This document shows positions 46,597-60,399 of a stretch of 64,000 bases of DNA, piece by piece. Numbering within the stretch: the first letter of the stretch is position 1; each line of letters starts with the position of its first letter. This DNA is from Eledone cirrhosa (taxonomy: Eukaryota): positions 288,300,001-288,364,000 of the forward strand of contig OZ024741.1 in the NCBI GenBank assembly GCA_964016885.1, read 5' to 3'. The position numbers and the translations under genes are program-made. Below the pieces are notes generated by a model. The model did no database searches and was not told where the DNA came from. It was given only the letters and a program-made list of their open reading frames with translations.

Positions 46597-47048
46597 TATA
46601 TTAATATACCTTATCCATTCATTGAACTGTTTGCGTATTAGAGATAGTTAACTTTGTAGAGTTAATATAAGTTGTTTTTTTTCTTTCATTTTCTTTGTCC
46701 TGTTCACTCCCTATTTTGAATTTATATTCTAAAGCCCTTTTTAAAACTATCATATAATAGATATCACATGGCCCGCTCTGTTTTTTCCTATTCTCCCTTC
46801 TTGCCTTTTCTACGCCTCAATGTCCTTCTTTGTCTGCATATTGTACTATAATCTTCTGTTTTACTATTCCTTTCCTCTCTATATTTTTCTCCTTTGGCTA
46901 AGCCCTTGTGCACTCTATATTTGTGTAATTTGCCTGAAGGTATAACTTGTCTCTACCTGTTTTGTTATATCTCAGAAATAACAACACAATCGGTACAGTA
47001 TATGCAAGGAATATATTAGTTTAACGCTTGAAATAGAAGGAAGAGGGT

Positions 47049-47082
47049 CTTAACATTTCGGACGCTAGTCTTTCATCAGAAG
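47049..47082 (-). ncRNA. Minimal hammerhead motif (Penelope pLTR type)
   Basis: ctt-CTGATGA-aagac(tagc)gtcc-GAAA-tg-TT-aag. Confidence 0.55.
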
Positions 47083-47289
47083 AAAGAATGAGAAATTAGA
47101 AAGAGTGAAGGGACGGGCAGGGCGGAATCGGAAAAAATGTTTTTTGAGAAAAATAACAGGTCCATTCATATTGGAAAATTTTATTAGTATTTCTATGGTT
47201 CTTTGTGTAATTTCAGTGCCCAGCTTAAGGCGTCTTCTATTTCCGTTTCAATCTTCGGACACCGGCTATGACATCAATTTTTCGTGACA

Positions 47290-48575
47290 TTTTTCATGTT
47301 TAGCTGGTGGCTAACACATCCAGACATCACAGAAACCATAGTTATGCTGGTGGCTAATTCATCCAGATCTCCCAGACGTCATGGTCTCGCTGATAGCTAA
47401 CACATTTAGATGTCGTGGAAACCTTAATCTCGCTGATGGCTCATCTAGATGTCGTGGAAACCTTAATCACGCTGATGGCTAACACATCTAGATGTCACAG
47501 ACGCCCTGGTCTTGCTGATGGCTAACATATCCTGACTCTTAGGAACACTGGTCTTGCTGATGGCTAACACATCTAGACGTCACAGACTCCCTGGTTTCGC
47601 TGATGGCTAACACATTCTAGACGTCACAAACACCCTGGTTTCGCTGATGGCTAACATATCCTGACTCTTAGGAACACTGGTCTTGCTGATTGCTAACACA
47701 TCTAGACGTCACATACATGTGGTGTTGCTGATGGCTAACACACCTAGACGTCACAGACACCCTGGTCTTGCTGATGGCTAACATATCCTGACTCTTAGGA
47801 ACACTGGTCTTGCTGATGGCTAACATCTAACATCTAGACATCACAGACACCCTGGTCTTGCTGATGGCTAACACATCTAGACGTCACAGACACCCTGGTC
47901 TTGCTTATGGCTAACACATCTAGACGTCACAGACACCCTGGTCTTGCTGATGGTTAACACATCTAGACGTCACAGACACCCTGGTCTTGCTGGTGGCTAA
48001 CACATCTAGATGTCAAAGATACCCTGGTCTTGCTGATGGCTAACACATCTAGACGTCACAGAGACCCTGGTCTTGCTGGTGGCTAACACATCTAGATGTC
48101 ACAGACACCCTGGTCTTGCTGATGGCTAACACATCTAGACGTCACAGACACCCTGGTCTTGCTGGTGGCTAACACATCTAGATGTCAAAGATACCCTGGT
48201 CTTGCTGATGGCTAACACATCTAGACGTCACAGACACCCTGGTCTTGCTGATGGCTAACACATCTAGATGTCACAGACACCCTGGTCTTGCTGATGGCTA
48301 ACACATCTAGACATCACAGACACCCTGGTCTTGCTTATGGCTAACACATCTAGACGTCACAGACACCCTGGTCTTGCTGATGGCTAACACACCTAGACGT
48401 CACAGACACCCTGGTCTTGCTGATGGCTAACACATCTAGACGCCACAGACACCCTGGTCTTGCTGATGGATAACATATCTAGACGTCACAGAGACCCTGG
48501 TCTTGCTGATGGCTAACACATCTAGACCACACAGACACGCTGGTTTCGCTGATGGCGAATCTCACCTAGACATAG
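47290..48575. repeat. 43-bp minisatellite, ~30 copies, degenerate at the left edge
   Basis: Unit cctggtcttgctgatggctaacacatctagacgtcacagacac, with starts at 47851, 47894 and 47937. Confidence 0.95.
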
Positions 48576-49109
48576 TGACTCGATATCATAAAGCAGCTGC
48601 CACCGCCTCAACGTCGCTTCGCGCAGTAATTTGGTTTTATGCAGCCTTATTCTCAGTGTAGCCATATTAAGAGTGGAAAAAGAAGGAAAAGAAAAACAGT
48701 CTGGATGGTCACTTATTCTGGTCTAATTGTAATTCTGGTCTATTTTTCGGGATCCTTGAAAAGACTCTTGCAAAACGCCTTGTCCACATTTGTTTTATAA
48801 CGACCATTTCATGGGGTAAATGTTTTCACTTGAAGCGACTGGTTTCTGGTGGGCTTCTCATTTGAGGTCTTACTATTGGTATATTTTGGAGGGCAAAGGA
48901 ATTTAAAACCTCGTATATCGTATTGTTTCTTTGTATGTACCAATATCATCAATTTTCTGAGACAGGGTAGTTGAGGAAATCGTCAAAGCGTTATTGTCGG
49001 CGCAATTGTTGATGCTGTTGTATCTGCTCTTGTTTTTGTTGTTGATATTAACAGCAATGGAGCTTTCATACACTAGAAGTTATGCCATCATTAGGAAATA
49101 CCAACAAGG

Positions 49110-49325
49110 GTGGTAGATTAGTAGAAATGTTAGAGCGCCGGACAAATGGTTTGCAGTATTTATTCTTGTTCTTTACATTCTGAATTTAAATCTCGCCGAG
49201 GTCAACTTTGCCGAAGTCGATAAAATAATAACTTCCAAAGTCGATAAAATAATGTACTTGTTAAGTACTGGAGTCAATATACCCTCCCCCCTTAAAATAC
49301 TAGCCTTGTTGCTAATATTAGAAAG
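49110..49325 (+). mobile_element. Diverged tRNA-like SINE
   Basis: ctgaatttaaatctcgccgaggtcaactttgcc..gtcgataaaata. Confidence 0.6.
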
Positions 49326-49462
49326 TAAACTGAAATACCAACAAAAAGATATGAACATAAACTAAATCAAGTTTCAGGGGTTGATATATCAGTTGATATA
49401 TGGGTTGATATATCAGTTGATGTGTTAATCGACACAAACAGAAGCTCAAGCATAAATGACCT

Positions 49463-52400
49463 TGTGGCGGCCCCTTACGGCTGTGACTCAGCACGTATAG
49501 GAGTTGCGTCCCTTTACGATGGTCGTAACTCAGCACGTATAGGAGTTACGTCCCTTTGCGACGGGCGTGACTCCCATTGGCAGATTCATGTACTAAATGG
49601 AGTTACGTCCTCCTGGGGACTATATATTTGAGGACATCAAGGCATAACTCTCTCTCGCTTCCTGAACTTCGAAGGGACAAGCAGAACCTTACCAAGAGAA
49701 GATTTCTGTTCTTCTCTACACACTCCAGTCTGGGAGTTGTGACCAACTGAACATCAACATGTGGTAACAATTATTTATATCAATTTATTTGACTTCTGTG
49801 AAGTAAAACCATGTCACAACACTCACCTGCAGTTATTGTCATTCTTGATAATTTATCTGATATGGCTGTATTGACCGATCTAAACATATTTGTACGAATG
49901 TTTTTTCTTTTTTTTTCTCCTTTTCTTCTTTTCTTCTTTTCTCTGGCTAAAATGTTTGAGGATGACCAGATGGCGGCTTTCTTCTCTATCAATAGTGTTT
50001 TTGGCGCGAAATAGTCCGCCATGTTGGTTTTAGTTTTAAATTCCCTGCCTATACCTTATTAATGACATCGCTCGGTTAGTCGCTCCTTTGCATATTGTCT
50101 CGGATGCATTCTTTTTCCTGTCCAGTTGTTTGAAAGAGAAAAATAAGCGATTTTGTTTTCCTTTTCTGTTGTGTTGGAGACATTTTTCCAAACGGAGAAG
50201 ATTTTTTTTTTTTGCAAATTACCTACGGCATAACAATGGCATCTCATTCAGCCATTATGGCGATGCAGGAGTCCATTCAGGAACTCACCCTGGAGCTCCA
50301 GAAGATGAAGGTCTGGTGTGGTGCCCGTTCGCGCCCGCGCAGCCGCGGGGGATTTCAATCTTTTAGACGCCGTCCAAAGTCACCAGCTTCATCTTTATGC
50401 GGGTACCATGAGCGATTTGCCGAGAGCGCGAACCACTGCGTGCAACCTTTCTCGTTTCATAAGGCGGGAAACGCCAGAGAGGTCTGCTGACGGGGGTAGT
50501 TGGCCTCAACATAAAGCCACCAAACTGCCATTTCTTCATTAAGGACCTTATGTCGGGAAGAGGTTTCCTCGTGCATACAGGAGCCTCCTGTAGTATTTGG
50601 CCGGTCCATTGCCTGAAAGATACCCCTGTAGAGTCATCCGTTACTCTGCAGGCTGTTAATCACTCGTTTATAAAGACGTACGGGAAAATCTCGCTTCCTC
50701 CCAAATTCCTAAATCTTCGTAGAGATTTTAACTGGATTTTTACGGTTGCCGATTTGCCATACCCTATCTTAGGAGCGGATTTCCTCCACAACTTCTCTTT
50801 GACTGTGGACATCCGTAGCCAACGCCTGGTGGATGACATCACCGGTTTTTCAATTCGTGGCCGGAAAGCCAATACTCCAACAGTCAGCCCCATATTCTTC
50901 ATCGCTGCTGCTGGTGACGCCTACCATTCGTTGTTAGGTTCTTTCCCGGAGCTCACCGATGGAAATTTTCGAGTCACTGAGCCAACACACTCAACTGAAC
51001 ATTTCATTTCCACCACCGGTGCTCCAGTGTTTTCGCGTCCACGCCGCTTACCGGCGGACAAATTAAAGGCAGCACGGTCCGAGTTCGACCATATGCTACA
51101 GCTGGGCATTATTCGCCCATCTACGAATCCTTGGGCTTCACCGTTACACATGGTGCCCAAGACTTCCGGCGACTGGAGACCCACTGGGGATTATAGAAGG
51201 TTAAATGCGATGACCGTCCCGGATAGGTATCCCATTCCCCATCTCCACGATTTAGCATCTTCATTGCAGGGGTGTAAGATTTTCTCAAAACTAGATTTAG
51301 TGCGAGCCGACCACCAAATTCCGGTCAGGAAGGAGGATATTCCGAAAACGGCGATTACAACTCCTTTCGGATCCTTCGAATTTTTGACCATGCCTTTCGG
51401 ACTCAGGAACGCCGCTAACACTTTTCAGCGGTTCATAGATGAATCACTCGTGGTCTGGACTTCGTTTATGCTTACGTAGACGATATTCTCGTCGCTAGTT
51501 CCTCTCCGGAAGAGCATATGCGCCACATGCATCTCTTATTTCGGCGACTTCAGGATTACCGCGTTCGTGTGAATCCCGCAAAGTGTGTTTTCGGTTCCAC
51601 TTCGCTAAATTTTTTAGGCCACCTCATCGACGCCGAAGGTATTAGGCCGCTCCCTCAGCGAGTTCAAGCCATACAGGATTTACCTCCGCCTACTACACTT
51701 CACCAGTTGCGTCACTTCTTAGGCCTAATCAATTTCTATAGGCGTTTCGTTCCTCATTGTGCTAATTTGCTATCTTCCCGTACGGACATATTGAAAAATC
51801 GTCGTAAGAAGAATGAGGATATTTCCTTGACACAAGGACAGCTTCAAGACTTCCAGACTGCCAAGACAGCACTCGCTAGTTCATCTTTTCTAGCCCACCC
51901 GGTACCAGAGGCCAAGCTTTCGCTTTGTGTTGATGCATCTGATACCGCTGTGGGAGCAGTTTTACAGCAGTTCAACGCTGGAAACCAACAATCATTGGCA
52001 TTTTTCTCGAGGAAGCTGAAACCAGCAGAAACGCGTTACAGCACGTTTGGGCTGGAATTATTAGTCATATATCTGTCGGTGAAACATTTCTCTCATATTC
52101 TTGAGGGGAGAAATTTTACTGTTTTAACCGACCACAAACCTCTGACCTTCGCTTTGAGGGCTAAAGCCGACAGATATTCGCCCAGAGAGACAAGGCACGT
52201 GGATTACGTTTCGCAATTTACAAATGATATCCAGCACATTGCTGGCTCGCATAACATAGCTGCAGACGCATTGTCACGTTTGTCAATCAGCTCCATCTCG
52301 TCATCCCAGGAGATCGACTTAGGTCGTTTAGCTGCAGACCAACCTGAACTCCAATCGTTGGATACTCTTTCTGCCGAATTTGCGACTTGCATCTTCAAAT

Positions 52401-54135
52401 ATCTGCCCTTGTCGACCACCGACAGGCAGATTCTATGTGATGTATCTACAGATTCACCACGACCACTTGTTCCTGAGACTGACCGTCGAATTGTGTTCCT
52501 TGCTTTGCACAGCATTTCTCACCCAGGAATTTCTGCCACAGTAAAGCTTATAACGGCTAGATTTTTCTGGCCCAATATGAGGCGAGAAATTACTGTCTGG
52601 TGCCGTTCCTGCACACAGTGTCAGATATCTAAAATCCACAGACACATCCGGACTCCACTTGGTACTTTCAGTACTCCAAATGCTCGGTTTCAACACATCC
52701 ACATTGATATTGTTGGACCTTGGCCATTCGTACCTCTTGACCTGTATCGATCGTTTTTCGCGATGGCCTGAAGCCATCCCCTTACAAGATATAACTGCTG
52801 AGACTGTAGCGCGTGCCCTGGTATCAGGGTGGATTACCCGCTTTGGGGTACCAACTACAGTGACCACAGACCGTGGTAGACAATTTGAGTCTCATCTCTT
52901 CTCTGAGCTCACAAAAATCATTGGCGCTAGGAATTCGGTCATCAATAAAGGAGGACCTTGGGTTCTCCCCGGCCGAATTACTGTATGGTGCTCCTCTAGC
53001 GTTTCCTGGGCAAATGCTTGCCCCTGTTGATCTTGCTTTCCAGGACCCTGTTTCCTACGTATCTCGTTTGCGCTCCTATTTTCAGGACTTACCGCCCATG
53101 AATACTAGGAAACAAACTATTAAAGCTGCAGTCCCGAGGGATATTGCCTCGTGGACACATGTATTCGTCAGAAACGATGCGGTTACTCCACCCCTCACAC
53201 AACCGTACTTTGGACCCTACCGTGTGTTATCACGTACTGACAAACATTTCACTGTAGACATTAAGGGGTCCAGAGAGACAATTTCGGTGGATAGACTAAA
53301 AAGGGCATACAATGACGCTCATACACCCGATCCACAAATACCCCAATCTTTCTCTCTTGTGCATACACCTGCTCCTTCTGCCCCACCTTCACCTACATAC
53401 AAGACCACGACCCGTTCCGGTCGAAGAGTCCACTGGCCCAAAAAACTCTGCTAAACTGTTTTCACGTGAACTGGCCACTGGAGCCTTATTTTTTTTGTTT
53501 TTCTCTTTATTGTATTACCATGTACCTTTCGTTAGCATTTCATGCCTGTACCTTCTCGTTACCATTTCATGCCTGTGCTGGGAGCCCATGCTTGTGGTTT
53601 CGCTACAGTTACCTTCGGGCTTTTCACCTAGCGTCCGGAGGAGGGTACTGTAGCGGCCCCTTACGGCTGTGACTCGGCACGTATAGAAGTTGCGTCCCTT
53701 TACGACGGTCGTAACTCAGCACGTATAGGAGTTACGTCCCTTTGCGACGGGCGCGACTCCCATTGGCAGATTCATGTACTAAATGGAGCTGCGTCCCCCT
53801 GGGGACTATATATTTGAGGACAATCAAGGCATAACTCTCTCTCGCATCCTGAACTTCGAAGGGACAAGAACACCTGAGACCTTGTCAAGAGATGACTCCT
53901 GTCTCACTTCCTTCGCCTGCAAGAAGAAGAACACCGGCAGCCTAAAGAAATACTTGAACACCTCCAAGAGAAGATTTCTGTTCTTCTCTACACACTCCAG
54001 TTTGGGAGTTGTGACCAACTGAACATCTACATGTGGTAACAATTATTCATATTAATTTATTTGACTTCTGTGAAGTAAAACCATGTCACAACACTCACCT
54101 GCATTTATTGTCATTCTTGATAATATATATATACA
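49463..54135 (+). mobile_element. Ty3/Gypsy LTR retrotransposon, decayed
   Basis: LTRs at 49463-~49852 and 53649-~54135, both starting TG. PPT ggaggaggg precedes the 3' LTR. Internal order is PR-RT-RH-IN. Confidence 0.92.
50212..53454 (+). pseudogene. Gypsy gag C-terminus/pol, frameshifted
   Basis: Gag end CGYHERF...C. PR LVHTGAS (D to H). [16 protein letters not shown] and YVDD at ~51474. RNase H DAS..TDHKPL..ADALSR. IN H.ISH..CTQC, TTDRGRQF, internal deletion, then GPY. Confidence 0.9.
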
Positions 54136-54769
54136 CTGATACTAATCTCCTAAAACCTTTTGCGTCTTGTCTGCGGGGTGCAGCCTCAATTCTGCCGCGC
54201 CCTAGGCCCAGTGCCCATCACCCTCGTCTTCCTTCTCCCCATTCTTCTGTGACACTAGAGCCCATGCCTTTCTCTTCCTTTTTCTGTTTTCATAACCACA
54301 AAAGACACTTGAATATTCAATGTAACTCTACTTTGTGTAGTGAGTACTGTTTTATTTACTTATATATATTCAATATTTGAATAAACCTTTTAAGATATTA
54401 AAAATTGACCAGCTGCTTCCTAATCGACTTGTCAGTTTCCGCAGATGATAATGTATGTTTCAAATAAATGGAGAAATTATCCAAATTTAAAGATTTGGAA
54501 ATAGAGATACTTACGTTATAGTAACTGGAAACAGAAACAATTCCTATAACATGTGCTTTGAAAATGATTGATAACATGCAGAGAATGATAAAATTAAAAC
54601 AATTTTTGTTTAATATATGAGGTTAGTGGAAAAAAGACAGTGGAAAAAACGATTTAGGTTATGATGTTTCTTTTTCAACATATGTTCCATCTAGGTCACT
54701 AAACTTCTGCAAGTGTTGATACTAGCCTTTAAACCATGTCAAAGCATGTTTTTTTACATCTGCAACTAG

Positions 54770-55104
54770 AGATCATCTTCAACCTCATCTCTTCCACTTC
54801 TAAAACGACTTATCCATTTGTAGGTTGTTGATTTATTTGGGGCATTGTCTCCATAAACTTGCTCCAGAGCATCAATGATTTGGCTGCTCTTCCATCCTAG
54901 CTTCACCATGAATTTGATGTTTTGATGGAGGTCATGTTGCTCGAGCGGGTGCTGACTTCCGACTGGCGGCGCCGCGTTACAACATGTATTTAAGGGTTCA
55001 TGTTAGAACATGTTATGACACGTTAGTACGAGAACGTACAGGTGCATTGAGATCAAAATCCCTGCTATGTAATTTTTTCACGAAGTTTTTGACGCCCCCT
55101 CGTA
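54770..55104 (-). mobile_element. Mariner (irritans/Hsmar2-like) 5' fragment
   Basis: TIR TA-cgagggggcgtcaaaaacttcgtgaaaa. Transposase start NIKFMVKLGWKSSQIIDALEQVYGDNAPNKSTTYKWISRFRSGRDEVEDD. Confidence 0.75.
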
Positions 55105-55184
55105 TACACAATCGAAAATATAAAGCCGAAACAAAATACTGCACAAACTTTAGGCACAATACGCCCGCAATAATGATAATGATG

Positions 55185-55380
55185 GCTTCTGATTTAAGCA
55201 CAAGGCCATCAATTTTGAGGGAGGGAAAGGTCGATTAAATTGAACCAGCGAGTTACTGGTATCTTAATTTATCGACCCCGTAAGGATAAAAGCAAAGCTA
55301 ACTTCGGCAGGATTTGAACTCAGAACGTAATAGACTTAACTATATATCGCAAAACATGTTGTGCGACGCTCTACCAATTC
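55185..55380 (-). mobile_element. tRNA-like SINE
   Basis: Reverse complement of the SINE body. Confidence 0.7.
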
Positions 55381-55463
55381 GATAATATTAGATATAATAT
55401 ATAATTCTTCCTAAAAAGTCAACTTCGAAGAATATAACATCAAAGTATATATATATATACAAA

Positions 55464-55541
<78 letters not shown>

Positions 55542-55710
55542 AAATATATACATACACACACCCACACACATATATATATATACATATATATACATACATA
55601 CATACATACATACATACACGCAAACACATCTGTAGAATATTTGTAATAATGAGACAGTCATGACATATTTCTCTCTCGGTGAAACTAGGTATGTATGAGT
55701 GTGTGTGTAT

Positions 55711-55804
<94 letters not shown>

Positions 55805-56661
55805 ATGACGAGCCGGTGGTGCTGAAAATGTTAGCTTTCTGCACCCTTCCCTTGAACACACATTTACGTACTATCTAAAATACAATTCATTCTACAACAA
55901 CCGCTGTTTCACGTACACCAAGCTTGCTAAATAACCTTCACTGGATTTGAATGTCAAACACTCATTCTGTCTTTTTAAAACGAAGTTAATGGGGTAGATG
56001 GAGGGCTGCCAGGATTAGGCGGAGAATTACAGAGAGGGTCAGGGATAGCGGTGTGAGCGGGTGGCGGTTAGGGGGAGATGAAGGTGAAACTCCATGCTTC
56101 GTTGAATTTAAACTAACTTTGACCAGGAAGAATAAAAAATAAAAAGGTATTCAACACACTTATATATACTGCCTCTTCGCTTCCACGTTGTTTTTTTGTT
56201 TTCTGTTTACTGTGTCAACTATAATATATATATATATATATATAAGTAAATAATCGAGAATCAGAATCTCGGCCCACGAAATAATGATAAACAATCTTCG
56301 ACATGTGTGGCAGAGGACTCAATAGTTTGGATGAACCAGAGCTATAACTATCGTTAAAATACCAACACATAGAGACGATGCCTAGATCATTCGCACAACC
56401 GAAAAAAACGACCACGAAAATTCGGGTCACTCAAATAATAAATTAATAAATTAATAAATTAAATGAATGTAAAAACTCACACGGACCCGCTAGAAGGATG
56501 TTAAATTCTAGCTTTTTGGGTTTCTGCAGTTCCTTAATCAATTACTGTCAGCCCACATAAAAAATATATCTGACTTCTAGTAAAGAGATGAACGTGGAAA
56601 ACTGCTTTCTCAACGGATGTTTCGTTCAAAAATACAGGGGCACCTGTTACTGGACGCACGT

Positions 56662-56692
<31 letters not shown>

Positions 56693-56736
56693 AAAAAAGA
56701 ACACAAAAGCGTCTACAACATCAAAAGATTTTTATT

Positions 56737-56785
56737 GGCTAACAATGTTTCTTCCTTACGTGTAACCGTAGGATTCATCAGAGCT
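56737..56785 (-). ncRNA. Type I hammerhead ribozyme
   Basis: agct-CTGATGA-atcctacg(gttaca)cgtaaggaa-GAAA-cattg-TT-agcc. Confidence 0.7.
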
Positions 56786-57117
56786 ATAAAAGGGGTTTGA
56801 TTGGTGTTATGAACTCTACCAACCAAACACCCAAGAACAAAGAGTAAAGAGAGTAAAGAGCAAAAGTAGGGGACGATAAGTCTAATTTTGGTGCGGGAGG
56901 GTGGGGTGTTGGTCCTTGTTTACTAGCTGCGGTCATATTCATTCCCGGGGGTCGGGTTGTTAGCTGAACCATAGATGGGGTGGCGTGGATAGTATGGTGC
57001 AGAGGGTGCGCAGAGGCTACACAAAGGGCGTAGAATACATATATACATATAGCGGAGGAGAAGGTACATGAGGTAATTAGAAATGGAAAAAGAGTAATAA
57101 TAATAATCTATAATTAA

Positions 57118-57300
57118 TTGTTTCTACTTTAGGCACAAGGCCAGCAATTACCCAGTGCATTACTGGTACTTTATTTTATCGACCCCGTAAGGATGAAAGG
57201 CAAAGTCAACCTCGACGGGATTTGAACTCAGATCGTAAAGGGACGTAACTATGCTGGAAAGCATGGCGTCTGACCCTCTACCGATACTGCCAATCCACCT
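57118..57300 (-). mobile_element. tRNA-like SINE
   Basis: Nearly the exact reverse complement of 61307-61488. Confidence 0.85.
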
Positions 57301-57639
57301 ATAATTAATAGTGTATAATAAGGCATGGGGAAGATTACACTATAATAAGGTATAAAGGTAAGAATAAGGTAAAATATAAAGGAGGATAAAAGTGGAAATA
57401 ATAATAAAGATAAAAAAATATATAGAGAATATATAAGGAAATATAAGCGAATATTTGGAGGGGAAAACACAATGTAAAAAAACCGATTTTTTTCAAACAA
57501 TAATAAAAAATAATAAAAATATAATAATTATGGGGGGAGAAAACAGGATAGAGAAATATGATCAAGTGTGATTCGTTGAGAGAATATAGGATGATAACAG
57601 TTGTGTCCGGTTTATACATCTTAATAATAAATAATAAAC

Positions 57640-58190
57640 AATATGTGTATCAGAGTTGCAGAACCTTCAATTCACTTACGGGTTCAAGCCACGTGGCATG
57701 GTCCATTGTTTATCTGTGCGGTCATGTGCGTTTGTTTTTGACACCACAGCAGATGCACAAGTTTGTAAATTCCAATGCAGATAGAAGTCAATTTTTGCTC
57801 ACCCGGACATTGACCGAGGATCCAATATTCCTAGTTCAATATGTGTTTGGTGTTATTTTGTTCGCACAAATCAATCAATTGGTTCAATATATGGAGTATA
57901 GTTTCCTGGTCTTCGTGACAGTGTCAGTGGTTGTATATTTGGAAGTCACAAGGATCACAGTACTCCGGTTTGGTGTGATACCCAAACGTTGAACTTTGGT
58001 GTCGATAGGACATCAACGAAGCAGGGTGATATCGCATCTGTGGTACAAAACGGTGCGGAAGGAAATTCTTCGTCTTCGTTTCATCCGGGTCCAGTAGTCA
58101 ATCCATGCAAGAACCGCTACGTAGTAATTGTGGGGTTAATCAGTCAAGTCAGCAACTGACCGAAAATTCAGGCAGGCATAACAGCTTTTT
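57640..58190 (-). mobile_element. Degenerate L1/Tx1-like 3' fragment
   Basis: CPIDTKVQRLGI..HCHEDQETILHIL (zf-RVT-like), broken by stops and frameshifts. 58450-58740 on + may be an APE endonuclease remnant. Confidence 0.4.
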
Positions 58191-59099
58191 CATGTGTGTA
58201 CGTGTGTCCGACACACACACACATATCTATATGTATTTCAACCCAAAAAACTCAAATGATTCACCCAGTGGTACTACAATCGGTCAAGATAGTAACTGGC
58301 CAGCAGTTCCCTTAGGGATTCAGACAGGCATGACAGATATATTTAGGTCAAGAGCCTCCTTATGTGTTCGTGTGTTCGATACACACAGACACATATCCAC
58401 ATGTATTTCAACTCAAAAAATTTCAGTTGATTCCCCCATTGATATCATATCTGTGCTGTTTGGATATGCATGCTGTGGTGTTCTGGTCGTGCATATCATT
58501 CACTGTATTTTGCCACTACATTGGAATGTGATGTTATGGTCATCAATAGTCCGGCAAGCGCATTTCGCTCTTATATTGCGAAGAATGGTGTTCTGGTCCT
58601 CAGTAAACATCCAGGTCAGCAGGAGGGGTGGTGGTTCTCAGTTTCAACTTCGGCAATACATATGTGTTACTCTGCATATCGTGCTCCTCTCAGAGAAGAG
58701 TATTATAGGGGGAATTCATGCCACACAGCACACATAGAGAGAATTTCTACAGAAGAGTATACATACATATATACATACATACACACACACATTATACACT
58801 TACACATACCCACTCATACGCATACATACATATATTCACATACATGTCACACATACACATACACACAATATAATACGCATGCATACAATATACACATACA
58901 CACACACACATGCATATACATATATATACATACATATACACACAATATACTTACATACAATGCACGCACACATGCGTGCATGCATGCACACACGCACGCA
59001 CACCCACACATATGTCTGCGTGTGCGTAGGTGTGAGAGATAAAAGGAGAATACACACACACACACACACACACACGCAAGAGCACCAACCTTGTAGGGG

Positions 59100-59930
59100 A
59101 CTGCACCACCCTTACGGTACCTATCTATCTAGGTTACGGGTTGGGGGGGAAGGGGGGGGGGGGGGGCTATAGTCTAGGTGGGGGTTGCGTGATATATGTT
59201 ACGTCTATGTGCTAGGTTTAAAATAGAAGAAGGAACTCAGGATTTTGTGTTGGCATGAGGAGAAAATTTCCGATTTCCTGTTAAGCAGGTTCAGTTTAGA
59301 GTGTATTATGGCATGGCATTCCAGTAAACAGAGGTCACAACTTCCGCTCTGTGGTCGGTATGGCGTGGATCTAGTAAGCTTCCTCCAAAAAAGTTTGTAT
59401 GGGGTACTATTATTTTTTAAGAAGGAGATGTATCCCGCCAGTGAGGTGGCATTCTTATGTCTGTCGTGTCTAAATGTGTACATATGCGCGTTAAATCTAG
59501 TTTTAAATGTATTGGACGTTGCTCCTCTATATGTTTTGGTAGAGTTGTGTGTGGTTACGTCACATGCATATACTATGTTTTTCGTGAGGCAATCCCCCCT
59601 TAGGGGACAGTTACTACTCCGCCTACAATTGCAACTGCGGGTTCGATTAGTTAGCATACCTCCCGAAGTTTGGTTACTCGCATTATCACTAGGTGCCTCT
59701 ATATCATTAGATGGCTCATTGATGCTATTATGTTGCCCATTTTCTAGTGCAGTCGGTTGCTGGTGGTTAACTGCCATTTTAATTGCTTCGAATCCCTCCT
59801 TAGTTTTCCTAATGTTCGTACGTGCTAGGTGTGATGCGAGGTTAGGTGTGGTCGAATAGGATAATTTAATTACGTTTTTGTTAATTATGTTGCGGTATCT
59901 ATTGCCTGGTGGGAAATTTTTGTTTAATGT
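59100..59930 (-). mobile_element. Penelope-like GIY-YIG endonuclease 3' fragment
   Basis: ORF 59205-59777: CNCRRSSNCPLRGDCL..IVYAC..TYRGAT..FKTRFNAH..CDLCLLE..LLN..SCQH. Confidence 0.85.
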
Positions 59931-60189
59931 ACTATATACTGTTACTGGTTTCAGTCATTAGATTTCGATCTTGATGGGTACCAGCTAAAAGGGATTTAGT
60001 TGAACACACTTCCAAGTCGATACGAGATAATAAACCTAAACTCACACACATACACACACACATATTTATATATATATACACGCTCAAACACAAACACGCA
60101 CACATACATATATATACGCACAAAGACACACACACACACATATACGCACAAACACACACATACAGACATATGTATATATACACGCACAA

Positions 60190-60220
<31 letters not shown>

Positions 60221-60399
60221 CACGCACAAACTCACGCACACGCACACACATACGCACAAACACAGACACAGACAGACACAGACAGACAGACAGACACACA
60301 CACACACACATATATATATATATCAGATAGGGTGTGGTAAAAACCAGCTAGACCATAACCCACAAGAGTACACGATACTTGGAGTATATATATATATAT

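Noticed and set aside
47290-48575. CRISPR array or HDV-like ribozyme array (ggctaa/ggcgaa motifs)
   Set aside because: There are no unique spacers or cas genes, the context is eukaryotic, and I could not build the nested double pseudoknot.
55800-55840. Hammerhead-like ATGACGA...GAAA
   Set aside because: The core and stems are too degenerate to call.
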